A stretch of DNA of 63,134 bases, filler included, from Octopus bimaculoides (GCF_001194135.2; 7 parts of 6 records of this genome joined end to end with filler, not necessarily neighbours in it); one strand, 5' to 3'. Counted from the first letter of the whole stretch, positions 11,647 to 24,346 are shown. The notes: a model not told the origin generated them from the letters alone. Numbers and translations: made by a program.

Positions 11647-12108
11647 TATACGCAAATGTAATACATGTATAAGGAACTACCATAAACCACACCCCTACCT
11701 AATATTTACCCCTTCCACTCCACCTTATTAACCATAAACCTACCTGCCCGCTTGATCGCTAATGCCGTTAATACATGTACCTCAGTGTGACAGACACCAT
11801 CAAGTGTGTAATCACCCAGAAAGCGTTAACAGCTATTAACACTAAAACACCTCCTATCGACGCAGCTCATAGTTAATATCTTTAACATATGTTTCATTGT
11901 CTGACACCATTAAGTGTTCAACCGACCTGAAGACAACAACTGCCATCAACACTCATTTATTGCTTACTTGAAAGGTTGATAATTATCATTCTTTTATGTT
12001 ATTAACCTTTTATGTCGCTTTATCCATCGTTTGCTTAATTGACACTCATAAATCTATTGTTTACAGTATTTATTGATTTATTATTTCGTTTCTTTGGCTT
12101 TTGATGAT

Positions 12109-12151
<43 letters not shown>

Positions 12152-12465
12152 NNNNNNNNNNNNNNNNNNNNNNNNNNNNNNNNNNNNNNNNNNNNNNNNN
12201 NNNNNNNNNNNNNNNNNNNNNNNNNNNNNNNNNNNNNNNNNNNNNNNNNNNNNNNNNNNNNNNNNNNNNNNNNNNNNNNNNNNNNNNNNNNNNNNNNNNN
12301 NNNNNNNNNNNNNNNNNNNNNNNNNNNNNNNNNNNNNNNNNNNNNNNNNNNNNNNNNNNNNNNNNNNNNNNNNNNNNNNNNNNNNNNNNNNNNNNNNNNN
12401 NNNNNNNNNNNNNNNNNNNNNNNNNNNNNNNNNNNNNNNNNNNNNNNNNNNNNNNNNNNNNNNNN

Positions 12466-12501
<36 letters not shown>

Positions 12502-13020
12502 TGTATGTGTGTTTATGCGTGGGTGTGTGTTTGTATATTTTCTCCCTCGCTCTAGCAGTACCAATAACCAGTTATTAGATCTCGATATACCATTACTTAT
12601 AGAGAACGCTATTTTTTTTTTTACATTAATCTCCAGCAACGTGGATATGTGAATCTACTGACGTCCCCCACTCCATTCTCTTACATATTACCGAGGATTT
12701 TTGCTGGCACTTATCGAACTAAATTATAAACCGTAAATTTTATCTTCGTACTGTATAAAACATGATTATGTTTGTAGATGTAAACAGTAATATATGCTGA
12801 AAGCATTGAATGGTTCTAAACGGGGTTCTTCTCGACAATAAGGATAAATTACAACAAATAGACGTGGTGCAGGAAGAAATAATAAGGGCAGCGAGGAATA
12901 TCTTTGAAACCTACAAAATTAAAATCAGAAACTATTAAACAACTTACATAAAATTTGAATTAAAAAAGTGAATATATATGAATATATGGGGACGAAAATA
13001 TTTGTAGTAGTTGTTTCTAA

Positions 13021-13175
13021 TTTTGGTATAAGGCCAGCAATATTTTTAGAAAGAGCTTGTCGATTACATTAACTCCAGTACTTGACTGATACTTTATTTT
13101 ATCCCGAAAGGATAAAAGTTGACTTCGGTTGGATTTGAACTAAGAACGTAAACGTCTAGAAGAAATGCCGTTAAT
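13021..13175 (-). mobile_element. Family B SINE
   Basis: GGTATAAGGCCAGC...GTCGATTACAT...CCCGAAAGGATAAAAG...TTTGAACTAAGAACGT. Confidence 0.7.
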
Positions 13176-14289
13176 CGTTTTGTTTCTGATGACGACGTTG
13201 AACCATTTGATAAGGAAATGCTATTTAATAAGAATAAGGTGACCTTTTTGATGTTGTAGGTTATTCAAAGATGTGTTTTACAAATTATACCAAGTCTTGC
13301 TTATATATGTGAACAAATTAAGGAATACGGTAAATGAAGATAAAATATTATTCACACTTTATCCGCACGAATAATTTAAAAGGCTTAAAAATATATTTGT
13401 ATCATTATAAATAGAATCACGTGTTAAAATTGTTATTGGCTTTTAATTCATGTTAGAATATATTCAGTTTTAAGGCAAAAGTTGAAAAAATAAATAAAAA
13501 ATACTAAAATGAAAAACTGTCTCTTCTGGTGATATAATTCATTTTACGTAAGAACAGGTAAATGCCCTATTAAAATATAAAATGTCTGGCTACATCTTCA
13601 GTATTAACCGCTATTTAAAATTAGATTCCTTAAAACTACTATGGAGTTCTTTTCGGAACCTTTCACTTTTTTATGATAAAAATTCTTGATCATCTCTGTG
13701 GAGAGGTCGTGAAATTAGGGAAGCTTAGTCTGTTGACAATTCAAGATATAAAATCCCTATAATATCACTAGTTTCCGCCGTACCCAATTAACAGAAAACA
13801 GATTAGAAAGATTATATTTAAATGCTATTATCATAATACAAAATCAATTTTCTCACGAGTCATATATCGTGATATTAATTTCTGAAGAAATAATTTATGA
13901 AAAATTCGTAGTGAAATTGATAGCTTCCATTAAAAGGAATTTGATAATGAGGGATAATAATGACAAAAGCTAAACTGTATGACAAAATTATTTTTGTTAG
14001 ATATAGAAGTAAAAATCCAATATAATTAACAGCAAAAGAGAAGTTAGCCTAATTTTAGTATTATCTGATCTGGAATATATTTGCGGATAATGCTAATATT
14101 CGTTTTAGTTAGAATAATTAGTCTGGGTAAAGAGTAGTTCGAAAATTAGACTTGTAATTTTAATAATTCTAGCATACTAATTATCACAAGTTGTATTTCT
14201 GTTAATTGATACTACTCAACCCAAGTCAGCTTTCATTTAATAGGCGTAGCAAAAGTGATCCAGCTGCGACCATCACAACTTTCATTTAG

Positions 14290-14355
<66 letters not shown>

Positions 14356-14487
14356 CTAGCACTACATTATCTAATTTATACTCATTTGATGCTGTTAATC
14401 TCCGGATCAGCCTTGACACAGCAAATCCACATTCATAGGCATTATAATCGTGATCATATCGTTATTTTATTCCGGGTTATATATATA

Positions 14488-15902
14488 AACTAGCAGTATA
14501 GCCCGGCGCTGCTCGGGATTAAGCTAGGATTATTAAATGATTAAGTGCATTATTTCAAACCAAAATAAGTAACATCGACATCAGATTTGAGCGAAATCCG
14601 TTGAAATTGGTTTGGCTGAAAATGGTTTGCTGGCAATTTGAATGGGAAATCTCATAAGGAATCAGTTTATTGGTTATTTTCACTTATTGACTCTTTTTTT
14701 TAATGTTGCATTAGAGATCTGCATAGGAGAAGGTTGATCTGAAGGTTTGCATTGGGGATCTGGATTGGAGTAACTTAGGAAAGCTTACCAACAACCTTAA
14801 CCAAANNNNNNNNNNNNNNNNNNNNNNNNNNNNNNNNNNNNNNNNNNNNNNNNNNNNNNNNNNNNNNNNNNNNNNNNNNNNNNNNNNNNNNNNNNNNNNN
14901 NNNNNNNNNNNNNNNNNNNNNNNNNNNNNNNNNNNNNNNNNNNNNNNNNNNNNNNNNNNNNNNNNNNNNNNNNNNNNNNNNNNNNNNNNNNNNNNNNNNN
15001 NNNNNNNNNNNNNNNNNNNNNNNNNNNNNNNNNNNNNNNNNNNNNNNNNNNNNNNNNNNNNNNNNNNNNNNNNNNNNNNNNNNNNNNNNNNNNNNNNNNN
15101 NNNNNNNNNNNNNNNNNNNNNNNNNNNNNNNNNNNNNNNNNNNNNNNNNNNNNNNNNNNNNNNNNNNNNNNNNNNNNNNNNNNNNNNNNNNNNNNNNNNN
15201 NNNNNNNNNNNNNNNNNNNNNNNNNNNNNNNNNNNNNNNNNNNNNNNNNNNNNNNNNNNNNNNNNNNNNNNNNNNNNNNNNNNNNNNNNNNNNNNNNNNN
15301 NNNNNNNNNNNNNNNNNNNNNNNNNNNNNNNNNNNNNNNNNNNNNNNNNNNNNNNNNNNNNNNNNNNNNNNNNNNNNNNNNNNNNNNNNNNNNNNNNNNN
15401 NNNNNNNNNNNNNNNNNNNNNNNNNNNNNNNNNNNNNNNNNNNNNNNNNNNNNNNNNNNNNNNNNNNNNNNNNNNNNNNNNNNNNNNNNNNNNNNNNNNN
15501 NNNNNNNNNNNNNNNNNNNNNNNNNNNNNNNNNNNNNNNNNNNNNNNNNNNNNNCTCTCTCTCTTTCTTTCTTTCTCTCTTTCTTTCTTTCTCTCTCTCT
15601 TTCTTTCTCTCTTTCTTTCTTTCTTTCTCTCTCTCTTGCTCTCTCTCTTCTTCACGCGCGTACGCACAGATTTGACTTCGCCATGTCAACAAACTTCACA
15701 ATTGGTAAAAGTTTATCGATTTTTACAGCTATACGCGGGTGCCTCTGAGAGAAAAAGTTGACAAAAACACAGATAGGGTCATGAACAATGTCCTCCTAAA
15801 ATTGGAGCGACATGCGTGCTAATTTGTGGACGTGCATAAACTACATTCACGTACACACACACACACACACACACACACATCCTCTCTTTTATAGATATAG
15901 AT
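14488..15902 (+). mobile_element. Probable Helentron/HINE-like non-autonomous element, interrupted by an N gap
   Basis: 5' AACTAGCAGTATAGCCCGGCGCTGCTCGGG (short CCCG/CGGG hairpin); 3' (CA)n-TCCTCTCTTTTATAGATATAGAT; internal microsatellite. The two ends are assumed to belong together across the gap. Confidence 0.5.
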
Positions 15903-16073
15903 TATCTACATTTCTTTTTGCTGTTGTTATTTTTTTAAACTTTAAGACATCCATCATTTAGCAGATGTATGACCAAAATTTTCCCAAGCGCAACCACCCC
16001 AAGTTATTTTTAAGAAAGATGCACTCCAGACTACGTTATCCAATATAATTTTTGTTATGAATATAGGCTGTAG

Positions 16074-16560
16074 TTTGAGGGAGATGTGACTGCTATTTCT
16101 AGCGGATTAATCATCAACCAAAAGATGCTTTCACTCGCTTGGAGACTTGTGGGATATTTGGTTGTTGTTTCTAACCAGTTAGAACTTGTAAATATATCCT
16201 CATGGGATTGTGGGTTATTTAGCTGCTGTTTCTTGAAATTTGAGTGAGGACGTAAAGGCTCCGTCATTGGATCATGTGATTTGAGGGACTTTACTGCTAT
16301 TACTAGCAGACCGAATGAGAATGTAAAGGCTTCATCATTTGTTTGTATGATTAAAAGGAGAGTTAGATGCTATTTCTAGCAGCTCATGCCACTAGTTTAA
16401 AGCCCCACTCATTGATTTGAGGAAGATATAGCTGCCATTCCTACCAGGTTGGAAAACCACACAGAGGATCGCTGAATGGCTCGCTAAATGTGTTCTTGCT
16501 TTTAAAGACCGTAGAGCGAAGATTGAGAGTGATTTGACTGCTATTTCAAGCAGGTAGAAC
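16074..16560. repeat. Degenerate array of 7 copies of a ~30-bp motif (TTGAGGGANATTTGRCTGCTATTTCTAGC)
   Basis: Copies near 16074, 16146, 16207, 16279, 16350, 16415 and 16521; an isolated copy at ~22598. Confidence 0.6.
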
Positions 16561-17257
16561 GATCACATATGATTTTGAATGATTTAGTTATTTTAATACA
16601 GATATGAAATGATCCTTTTGATATGCTCGGAGAAGATGTTTATAACACATTAAGTTCTCAAAGATCAGGACTGAAATTCAATAATATAGAAGAAACGGAC
16701 AAAAATAACAAACTAATAAAACCAATCTGAATTCATATTGGTAAAGATAATATCACTTTCAATGTGTAATTTAGTATTCTTATCTTCTTTTATATTGAAA
16801 ACAACTCTGTGATGTTATTTCAATTTAGCAGTTATGATATGCAATTTTGTAATAAACTGAACAATCAAAGGCCATAATTTATTCTACATTTCGTACAGTC
16901 AACACACTGATGGTTCTGGTAGCTACAAGCAAAAATCAAAATTTGAGAACCGTTATTCTATATAATTTTCAATGCACAACGGAATCTAAATAATATTTTG
17001 ATATTCAGACATATCGACTTTTGTAACAAGGATTATATTTATTAATGATAATTTTACCCAACGAGTAAAAAAAAAACACACTAATGGCGCATTGTAGTAC
17101 CACATAGAAGCAATGGTCTAAACTTACGGAAGTAATGGCCTAAACTTCATAAATATGTATCATTATTCATTTCTCAATTCATTCTCAAAACTAAACAACG
17201 TAATTCCAAAGTGCAAAGCATATTTGATAGATTTCATAGATAAGATAATGCAAGCAT

Positions 17258-17400
17258 AACCGTGTGATCAAGAAGTTTGCTTTGTGGGTAAGAAGTTCTA
17301 AGTTCAGGCTCACTGCAAGGCATCTTGAGTGAATGCCTTCTATTATGGTTTCAGGTCGATCAAAAGTTGTGAACGAATCTTGGATAGTCGCAAATTGTGC
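17258..17400 (+). mobile_element. Degenerate family A SINE head
   Basis: GTGTGATCAAGAAGTTTGCT...AAGTTCAGGCTCACTGCAAGGCATCTTGAGTGAATGCCTTCTATTAT aligns loosely to 295-400. Confidence 0.5.
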
Positions 17401-17649
17401 CGAAGCTGATAGCAGATGGATCTTACAAATTGTTGTGTGGTATAGTCAATCGGTTGCAGGATATAACCACGGCAACTGGCCATTTAGTGACTTTCACGGG
17501 GTCTAATCTGTTACTAATTTTGGGCTAGATTGCCAGTTTAAGGATAACTTTTATCTTTTCACCAATCGGGCTTAAAGGCCACACAAAAGATCATGGATAG
17601 TGCCTTTTTATTTCTAAACGATAAGCACATTTTTAAAGCCAAACGATAA

Positions 17650-17703
<54 letters not shown>

Positions 17704-17712
17704 GTCTGTCTA

Positions 17713-17745
<33 letters not shown>

Positions 17746-17801
17746 ATGCCTGCCTGCCTGTCTGTTTGTATGCCTGCCTGTATGCCTCTATGTCTGCCTG
17801 C

Positions 17802-17885
<84 letters not shown>

Positions 17886-18300
17886 TAGCCATCTATGGAT
17901 GGATCAAAGAAATGCAGCCTCTATGTGGTGGACAAGCTACATAACCAGACAAAAGTCGAAAAGCCACAACAGCTATTTAAATTCATGAGCGGAGAATTTT
18001 ATGAGATGTATCCATCAAAACAAATTTGTTGTATCTAACTGGAAAATAATTTATTTGCCTGGACGACCATATTACAATCCTCGAGATCAACCGCCCATTT
18101 GCACAATTAACTTAGAGAACACTTCTTGAGTATATCATCAATCCACAACAAATAGATGCCAATACACTTAGACACCCTCAACACACACGACAACACCAAC
18201 ACACTAATTGAGTATAAACAGTTAAATGATTTCAGTACAATTTAATAATACTTATGAGACACTTCTTACTCTGGTAATCAACAACAACAAGAACAACAAC

Positions 18301-18613
18301 GCCCTGGTGCAGTACCAGGCACCGGCTCTCATGCCTTCTGATCTTAACTGATTGGAAGTGTTATCATATACATGTTTTGTCTTGGACCACAACAAAGATG
18401 GGTCACAACAAATATTCTGCTCAATACCATAAATTTGCTTGTCGGTTGTTTGACCGTAACCAGTTGAGCATGTCCATTGATGATATGTGCATCTCTGAGT
18501 ATGAGCAAAAGTTGTGTGGGAGCATCAGAGCCATATGCTGAGTGGAATTCTTTGACGTTTGAAAAATTCACTTCTGGTGTCACTTTGATGGCATGCACGG
18601 CGCTCTCTCACTA
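18301..18613 (+). mobile_element. Dispersed repeat family E (probable LINE 3' UTR), ending in (TAA)n
   Basis: Aligns with 19025-19290 over ~260 bp (GGCTCTC...TTAACTG...GTTATCAT...AAATATTCTGCT...CCAGTTGAGCATGTCC...GGAATTCTTTGACGTTTGAA). Confidence 0.7.
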
Positions 18614-18716
18614 GTAATAATAATAATGATGATGATGATGATGACGATGATGATGATGATGACGATGATGATGACGATGATGATGACGATGATGATGACG
18701 AGGATGATGATGATAA

Positions 18717-18784
<68 letters not shown>

Positions 18785-18970
18785 GAAATATAAATTTAAC
18801 GAAATCTTACAACTAGTTGTCAGAGTCTTGTCTGCTTCCTCTACCATATACCATTGCCAATTTATAAATAGCAGCCATAGTGAGATGTTCGTCTGGCTCT
18901 TATTCGATGTCTGTGTGCATGACTTGTAATAGCTCGTATAAAATAAAACAACAACGCAAATAATAATAAT

Positions 18971-19024
<54 letters not shown>

Positions 19025-19312
19025 TACCAAGCAGTGGCTCTCGTGCCTTCTGAGTTTAACTGGATGAAAGTGTTATCATGTACATGTTTTGTCTTGGTAT
19101 AAAAGATGCGCTACAACAAATATTCTGCTGAATACCACAGATTTGCTTGTCAATTGCTTGACCTTAACCAGTTGAGCATGTCCCTTAGTGGCTAACGATA
19201 TACTCATTTCTGATCACGAGCAAGAGTAGCGGGGGAGCCATGTGTTGAGAGGAATTCTTTGACGTTTGAATAATTCACCTCTGGAAACATGGGTGTTTCG
19301 GTGAACATCTTT
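19025..19312 (+). mobile_element. Family E second copy, preceded by (TAA)n
   Basis: See 18301-18613. Confidence 0.7.
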
Positions 19313-19484
19313 AACCCATTAATGCATAGCGTCCAGAAAAATGGACACAGGAAAAATTACTATTGCTTGTTAAGTAAACTACCTATTGAGCTTATTTTTG
19401 GTATAGTCTGTCTCTAAACTAGTGCTCTATTACACAACGAAGGACTACGCAATCAGTTCCATGTAGCCGCAACTGAAGTTTCTG

Positions 19485-20235
19485 GAGAAAATGGGTGGGG
19501 TTGGCTAAAGAAAGGAACATTGAGAAAAGAGACTGAGAGTACGATACTGGCAGAGAATCAACCTTAGGAATGAGCAAGTGTCTCCACTCTGCCGCATCTG
19601 TAATAGATTGGACGAAACCATTGCCCATATGAACGAATACCCAAGACTTTCCCCAAACCACTACAAGTTGTGGCGACACGATGAGGTAGGGAAAGTGCTA
19701 CACTGGAAACTGTGCGAGAAGTGGGGGCTAGATTGAATCAAAAACAGAAATCGCAGAGGGTAGCGTGGTCGGAAACTTGCAAAATCCTGTGTTGATTTCC
19801 CAGTTCAAACAGATCAGCTGCTAGAACATAACAGACCAGACCTAGTGGTGGTCGACAAGATGCCCCATGTGTGCTATACAGTTGATGTTGTGTGCCTCTT
19901 TGACTCACGAATAGTCAAGAAGGAAGGCGAAAAAATAGATAAATACAACCCTCTTAAGTACGAAATAGCCCGGCTATGGAAAATGAAGAAGGTGAAGATA
20001 GTGTCAATTACTGTTGCGTCCTAGGGGTGTCAAGAGGAATATAAAGGAAATCGGAATAGAGTGCCAAGTAGAACTGTTACAAAAGGTTTGCCTCCTTGGC
20101 ATGGCCAGAATAACCAGGAAAGTATTAGATAGTTGAAAAGAACAGATAGCATGGTACTGTAGGATGCAGGCAGCAAGCCCGCTTCGCATGCAAGACTCCA
20201 GAAGTTTCACCGAAAGCTGAGATAAAAAGAAAAAT
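19485..20235 (+). mobile_element. R4-type non-LTR 3' fragment (second family)
   Basis: WGWLKKGTLRKETESTILA; SPLCRICNRLDETIAH...WRHDEVGKVLHWKLCEKWG; HNRPDLVVVDK...DVVCLFDSRIVKKEGEKIDKYNPLKYEIARLWKMK...LQKVCLLGMARITRKVLDS*. Confidence 0.85.
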
Positions 20236-20289
20236 AATAATGATCATGATAATAATAGAGAGTTAATTAGCTATAACATGAAGAAATGG

Positions 20290-20450
20290 AGAGAGTTAAT
20301 TAGCTATAGCATGAAAAAATAGAAAGTAGATCTCTACTCAGGTGACACAGCCTTAGGGAAAATTAATACCAAGAGAAGAAACTTTGAAGAAGACTCGTTA
20401 TCCCCTTCAATATATGTTTAGTGCAAGTCCTGAAAATAGTGTTAGTAAGG
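20290..20450 (+). mobile_element. Degenerate R4-type RT fragment
   Basis: SMKK*KVDLYSGDTALGKINTKRRNFEEDSLSP resembles I.IKRGIFQGDSLSP. Confidence 0.4.
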
Positions 20451-20546
20451 ACAGTTAATACTTAAGGAGGCTCTTGGATTCTAGCTACTTTTCTTTTCCA
20501 ACAGTTTGGTCTGTTGTGCGTATATGAAATAATAATAATAACAATG

Positions 20547-20870
20547 TGTTTCACTTGCGGTCTCTTGTCAGCAACAGACACCTCGAGCTAGCTTCGACTG
20601 TAGTGCCTATCTCCTTGCTGGCTTTCTTCACGTATTTGGGTTCCAGACCAATCTTCTGCAGGAAATACCGCACTGGACCATGCTAGGAAGCCTTGCCAGC
20701 CGACATCTATAGGGAATGACGCCATGTGCCATCCCTCGTCGACCAAATCCTGATATTTGGTTTTCTTTAGCTGGTGAGAAGTATCGTGTCTGTCCTCCCA
20801 GATTATTGTAAGTTCGACCACAATGATTGATTCTTACTCCTGGACAGAAGAAACATGTCTAGTCGAAAGA
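20547..20870 (-). mobile_element. HERO-type non-LTR RLE C-terminal fragment
   Basis: RLDMFLLSRSK.SIIVVELTIIWEDRHDTSHQLKKTKYQDLVDEGWHMASFPIDVGWQGF...QKIGLEPKYVKKASKEIGTTVEASSR. Pattern PD.V...VELTVPWE...K..KY..L...GW...PIEVGCRGF recalled as typical of the HERO clade. Confidence 0.7.
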
Positions 20871-21585
20871 CGAATCTACGTTTCATGTTTACTTGCATCC
20901 TCCACTTCGAGACATGATGCAAAGTAGAAAACGGGTCTACTGTTGCTTTCGTCTTAACGGCCTCGCCACTTTCTTTTAGGAGTCTGATATCCTTGTTTCC
21001 TTTACAATGTAATTCACAGTATGCGTTTTATATAAACTTTACTCTCAATTCTAAGGAATGGAATAAAACAACGTAAATATATAATTATCAGGAGTCCACG
21101 TTAGGAAAGCACAGAATATCTATTTATTAATATCTAAATTTATAATAAAATATCAAGTCTAAGAAGTGAAAAGTTGAGTGGGAAAAATATTAGCCCTAAA
21201 CTCGTGTCCCTCACCATAAACAATAATGGAATTATATAACGAGTTAATGATTTACTAGGAGGGAAAATATAAAAGAAACAGCAATTAAAGATACAAAGTA
21301 GGATTTTAAACACAAGCTAGCTCAATGTATAATGAGGCAGAATACATTAAAATAACACCGATTATTACGTAAATATCACTACAATAAATAAAAACACGCA
21401 TATGAATTCATACGAGATAGCTTTAGAAACGCAAATGAATAAGTAATGAAAGAAAATTATACATGAGAAATATTAATAAAGATAGTAATAAAATGTTATT
21501 AATATCAAAATTAAAAGATATTACGAGCACATACTAACGCACATATATTTACACATATATCATACGTACATATTATATATATATA

Positions 21586-21627
<42 letters not shown>

Positions 21628-21813
21628 GTGTGTGTGTGTATGTGTGCGTGCGTGTGTTTGTGCATAAACACACGTACGTATATATACATATAAATGCATA
21701 CAATGTTATTTACATATATGCATACATACCCACAGGAAGGATTGTCCTGACGTATACATCAAAGGCCTGTCAGAACCAGTAGGTATTCACACCTTTAAAA
21801 ACAAGAAACACTG

Positions 21814-21950
21814 ATGGAACGCTCTTATAAAAACATCAATTCGGCACAAGCATAACAAGCCTGATATAGTTCTGTGGGACAGGGAATAGAAGATATGCGT
21901 TGTTGTAGAGGTCAGCTGTCCAGCAGATATAAATGTCCAGTTGAAAGTCC

Positions 21951-21955
<5 letters not shown>
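21814..21955 (+). mobile_element. RLE endonuclease fragment (third family)
   Basis: KHNKPDIVLWDRE*KICVVVEVSCPADINV; runs directly into (CA)n and a gap. Confidence 0.65.
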
Positions 21956-22018
<63 letters not shown>

Positions 22019-22378
22019 NNNNNNNNNNNNNNNNNNNNNNNNNNNNNNNNNNNNNNNNNNNNNNNNNNNNNNNNNNNNNNNNNNNNNNNNNNNNNNNNNN
22101 NNNNNNNNNNNNNNNNNNNNNNNNNNNNNNNNNNNNNNNNNNNNNNNNNNNNNNNNNNNNNNNNNNNNNNNNNNNNNNNNNNNNNNNNNNNNNNNNNNNN
22201 NNNNNNNNNNNNNNNNNNNNNNNNNNNNNNNNNNNNNNNNNNNNNNNNNNNNNNNNNNNNNNNNNNNNNNNNNNNNNNNNNNNNNNNNNNNNNNNNNNNN
22301 NNNNNNNNNNNNNNNNNNNNNNNNNNNNNNNNNNNNNNNNNNNNNNNNNNNNNNNNNNNNNNNNNNNNNNNNNNNNNN

Positions 22379-22449
<71 letters not shown>

Positions 22450-23489
22450 CTATTTGTCTATTCTCTTGTGTTGTTAGAAAGAAAGAAGGCGGCGATCAAA
22501 TGTATTCTGGCTATGACAATCCATTTGCTCTCATGAGGAACAGTGTACTCTTGACTACATCGAGTAATGCGTTTCAATTTCAAGACGGTACAGAGTGATT
22601 TGAGGGATATTTGGCTGCTATATCTGTCAGAGTGGAGACAGTGGATTTAGTGGATGATACTTTAAGCCTTGTTTTGTAACAATATTGATTGCAGCTAGAG
22701 ATTAGTGAGAGGACAAGTTTGATGCCATCCGTGTATGAAACGCGCTGTAAAGATGGTGAAGGCATGGTTTGAAAAGGGTAAATGAACAGAAATTGCAATG
22801 TCTGCATTTCTGTGTACTACATAGGCTTGGCGACCCAGCTGGTAATTTGTGAAGCATCACTTTAGATTGTTTCTTAACGAGGTATTGAGTATTAAGTTCA
22901 TAAATGGATAGCGGGAGAATGGAGTCGACAACAGCTTCACTGATGTCGATGACTGCATGGTTCGTGAAGGGCTATTTTTTTTATCTTGCTGAAATCGTCA
23001 TTTATATTTTCTGTTACTTTTCTTGAATAGTGCGGTGTTCGAATGTATTATTCTGAATCTGTACGACATCTTGGACAGAAATGAATGTTTGATGTTGCTT
23101 GTAAATTTTCCTTAGCATCAGCATATGAACTTTATCATTTATCAATAAATTCATGCTGACATAACCAAGCAACCAATAAAGTCCCAAACATTTAGGTTTA
23201 CAGTCAATAAAGCGAAACAATAAATCTGACAGCTCATTGTGATTGAAATAGCTGAAGAAAAAAATTAACGGATAATAGAAACAATGAGACGGAAATATAA
23301 ATGGGTTGTCATAGAAAGCACATTAAGATAAACTGAAAGGTCAGCGCTATAAAGGAATCACTCAAGAAAACCAATAGGATCGGAGGGGGAAGCTTCATGG
23401 AGCCTTTACCGTTCTCTATCCACCTGTGCAAATGAAATTTAAATCTCCCTCGAACTATACCATATCATTTCGACGTGCAAAAATAGGAC

Positions 23490-23529
<40 letters not shown>

Positions 23530-23629
23530 NNNNNNNNNNNNNNNNNNNNNNNNNNNNNNNNNNNNNNNNNNNNTTAATTAATTAANNNNNNNNNNNNNNN
23601 NNNNNNNNNNNNNNNNNNNNNNNNNNNNN
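23530..23629. other. Artificial 100-bp scaffold spacer (44 N + TTAATTAATTAA + 44 N); also at 25168-25267, 51253-51352, 52482-52581, 56091-56190 and 61715-61814
   Basis: Identical 44/12/44 layout six times; the 12-mer encodes stops in all six frames. Confidence 0.95.
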
Positions 23630-23960
23630 GTGGTGGTGGTGGTGGTGGTGGTGGTGATAGCTGTTGTGGTGCGATGATGGTGGTGACGGTTGCAGTGGTG
23701 CTGGTGCTGGTGCTGGTGGTGGTAGCAGTGATGGTTGTGGTGGTGGTGGTGGGGACAGTAGCAGTAGTTGTTGTTGTTGCTGTGGTGATGATGGTTGTGG
23801 TAGTTGTGGTGGTTGTAGTAGTGGTTGTGTTGGTGGTGGTAGTAGAGGTTGTGGTTTGGGTGGTTGTAGTAGACGTGGTGGTGGTAGTAGTAGTAGTAGT
23901 AGAGGTTGTGGTGGTGGTGGTGGTGCTGGTGGTGGTGCTGGTAGTGGTGGTGGTGGTGAT
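23630..23960. repeat. Compound GGT/GTT/GTA trinucleotide microsatellite
   Basis: Direct inspection. Confidence 0.95.
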
Positions 23961-23975
23961 AATAATAATAATGAT

Positions 23976-24146
23976 AACAAATAGGGGCTGTAATAAGGGT
24001 GGAGCACTAGCAGAAAACAGCACTGCTTGGAACCACTCGAATCCTCCGGGTGGTACTCGATAGATAAGAGGTGTTACCTTAGTTCACTGGAAGGGAACAG
24101 CTGACACCGTAGAGTACATCTCCAGTGTTAGAAGCTGTGCAAAGAC
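23976..24146 (+). mobile_element. Same R4/Dong-type family, extreme 3' end, flanked on both sides by (TAA)n
   Basis: AACAAATAGGGGCTG...GAAAACAGCACTGCTTGGAAC...GTAGAGTACATCTCCAGTGTTAGAAGCTGTGCAAA matches the reverse complement of 48086-48265. Confidence 0.85.
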
Positions 24147-24182
<36 letters not shown>

Positions 24183-24197
24183 CATCATCATCATTAT

Positions 24198-24346
24198 TGG
24201 CGTTAGGAAGGGCATCCAGCTGTAGAAACTCTGCCAAATTTAGATTGGAGCCGGGTGTTGCCATCCGGTTTCACCAGTCCTCAGTCAAATCGTCCAACCC
24301 ATGCTAGCATGGAAAGCGGACGTTAAACGATGATGATGATGATGAT
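24198..24346 (+). mobile_element. SINE family C 3' part with (GAT)n tail
   Basis: TGGCGTTAGGAAGGGCATCCAGCTGTAGAAACTCTGCC...CCCATGCTAGCATGGAAAGCGGACGTTAAAC(GAT)n; also at 54796-54933. Confidence 0.8.

Noticed and set aside
16074-16560. CRISPR-like repeat-spacer appearance
   Set aside because: Repeats are highly degenerate, spacing is irregular, there are no cas genes and the context is an animal genome. Kept only as an unexplained array.
23574-24063. Mucin-like, Pro-rich, Gly/Cys-rich and Val-rich ORFs
   Set aside because: All are translations of one compound trinucleotide microsatellite beginning at an N gap.
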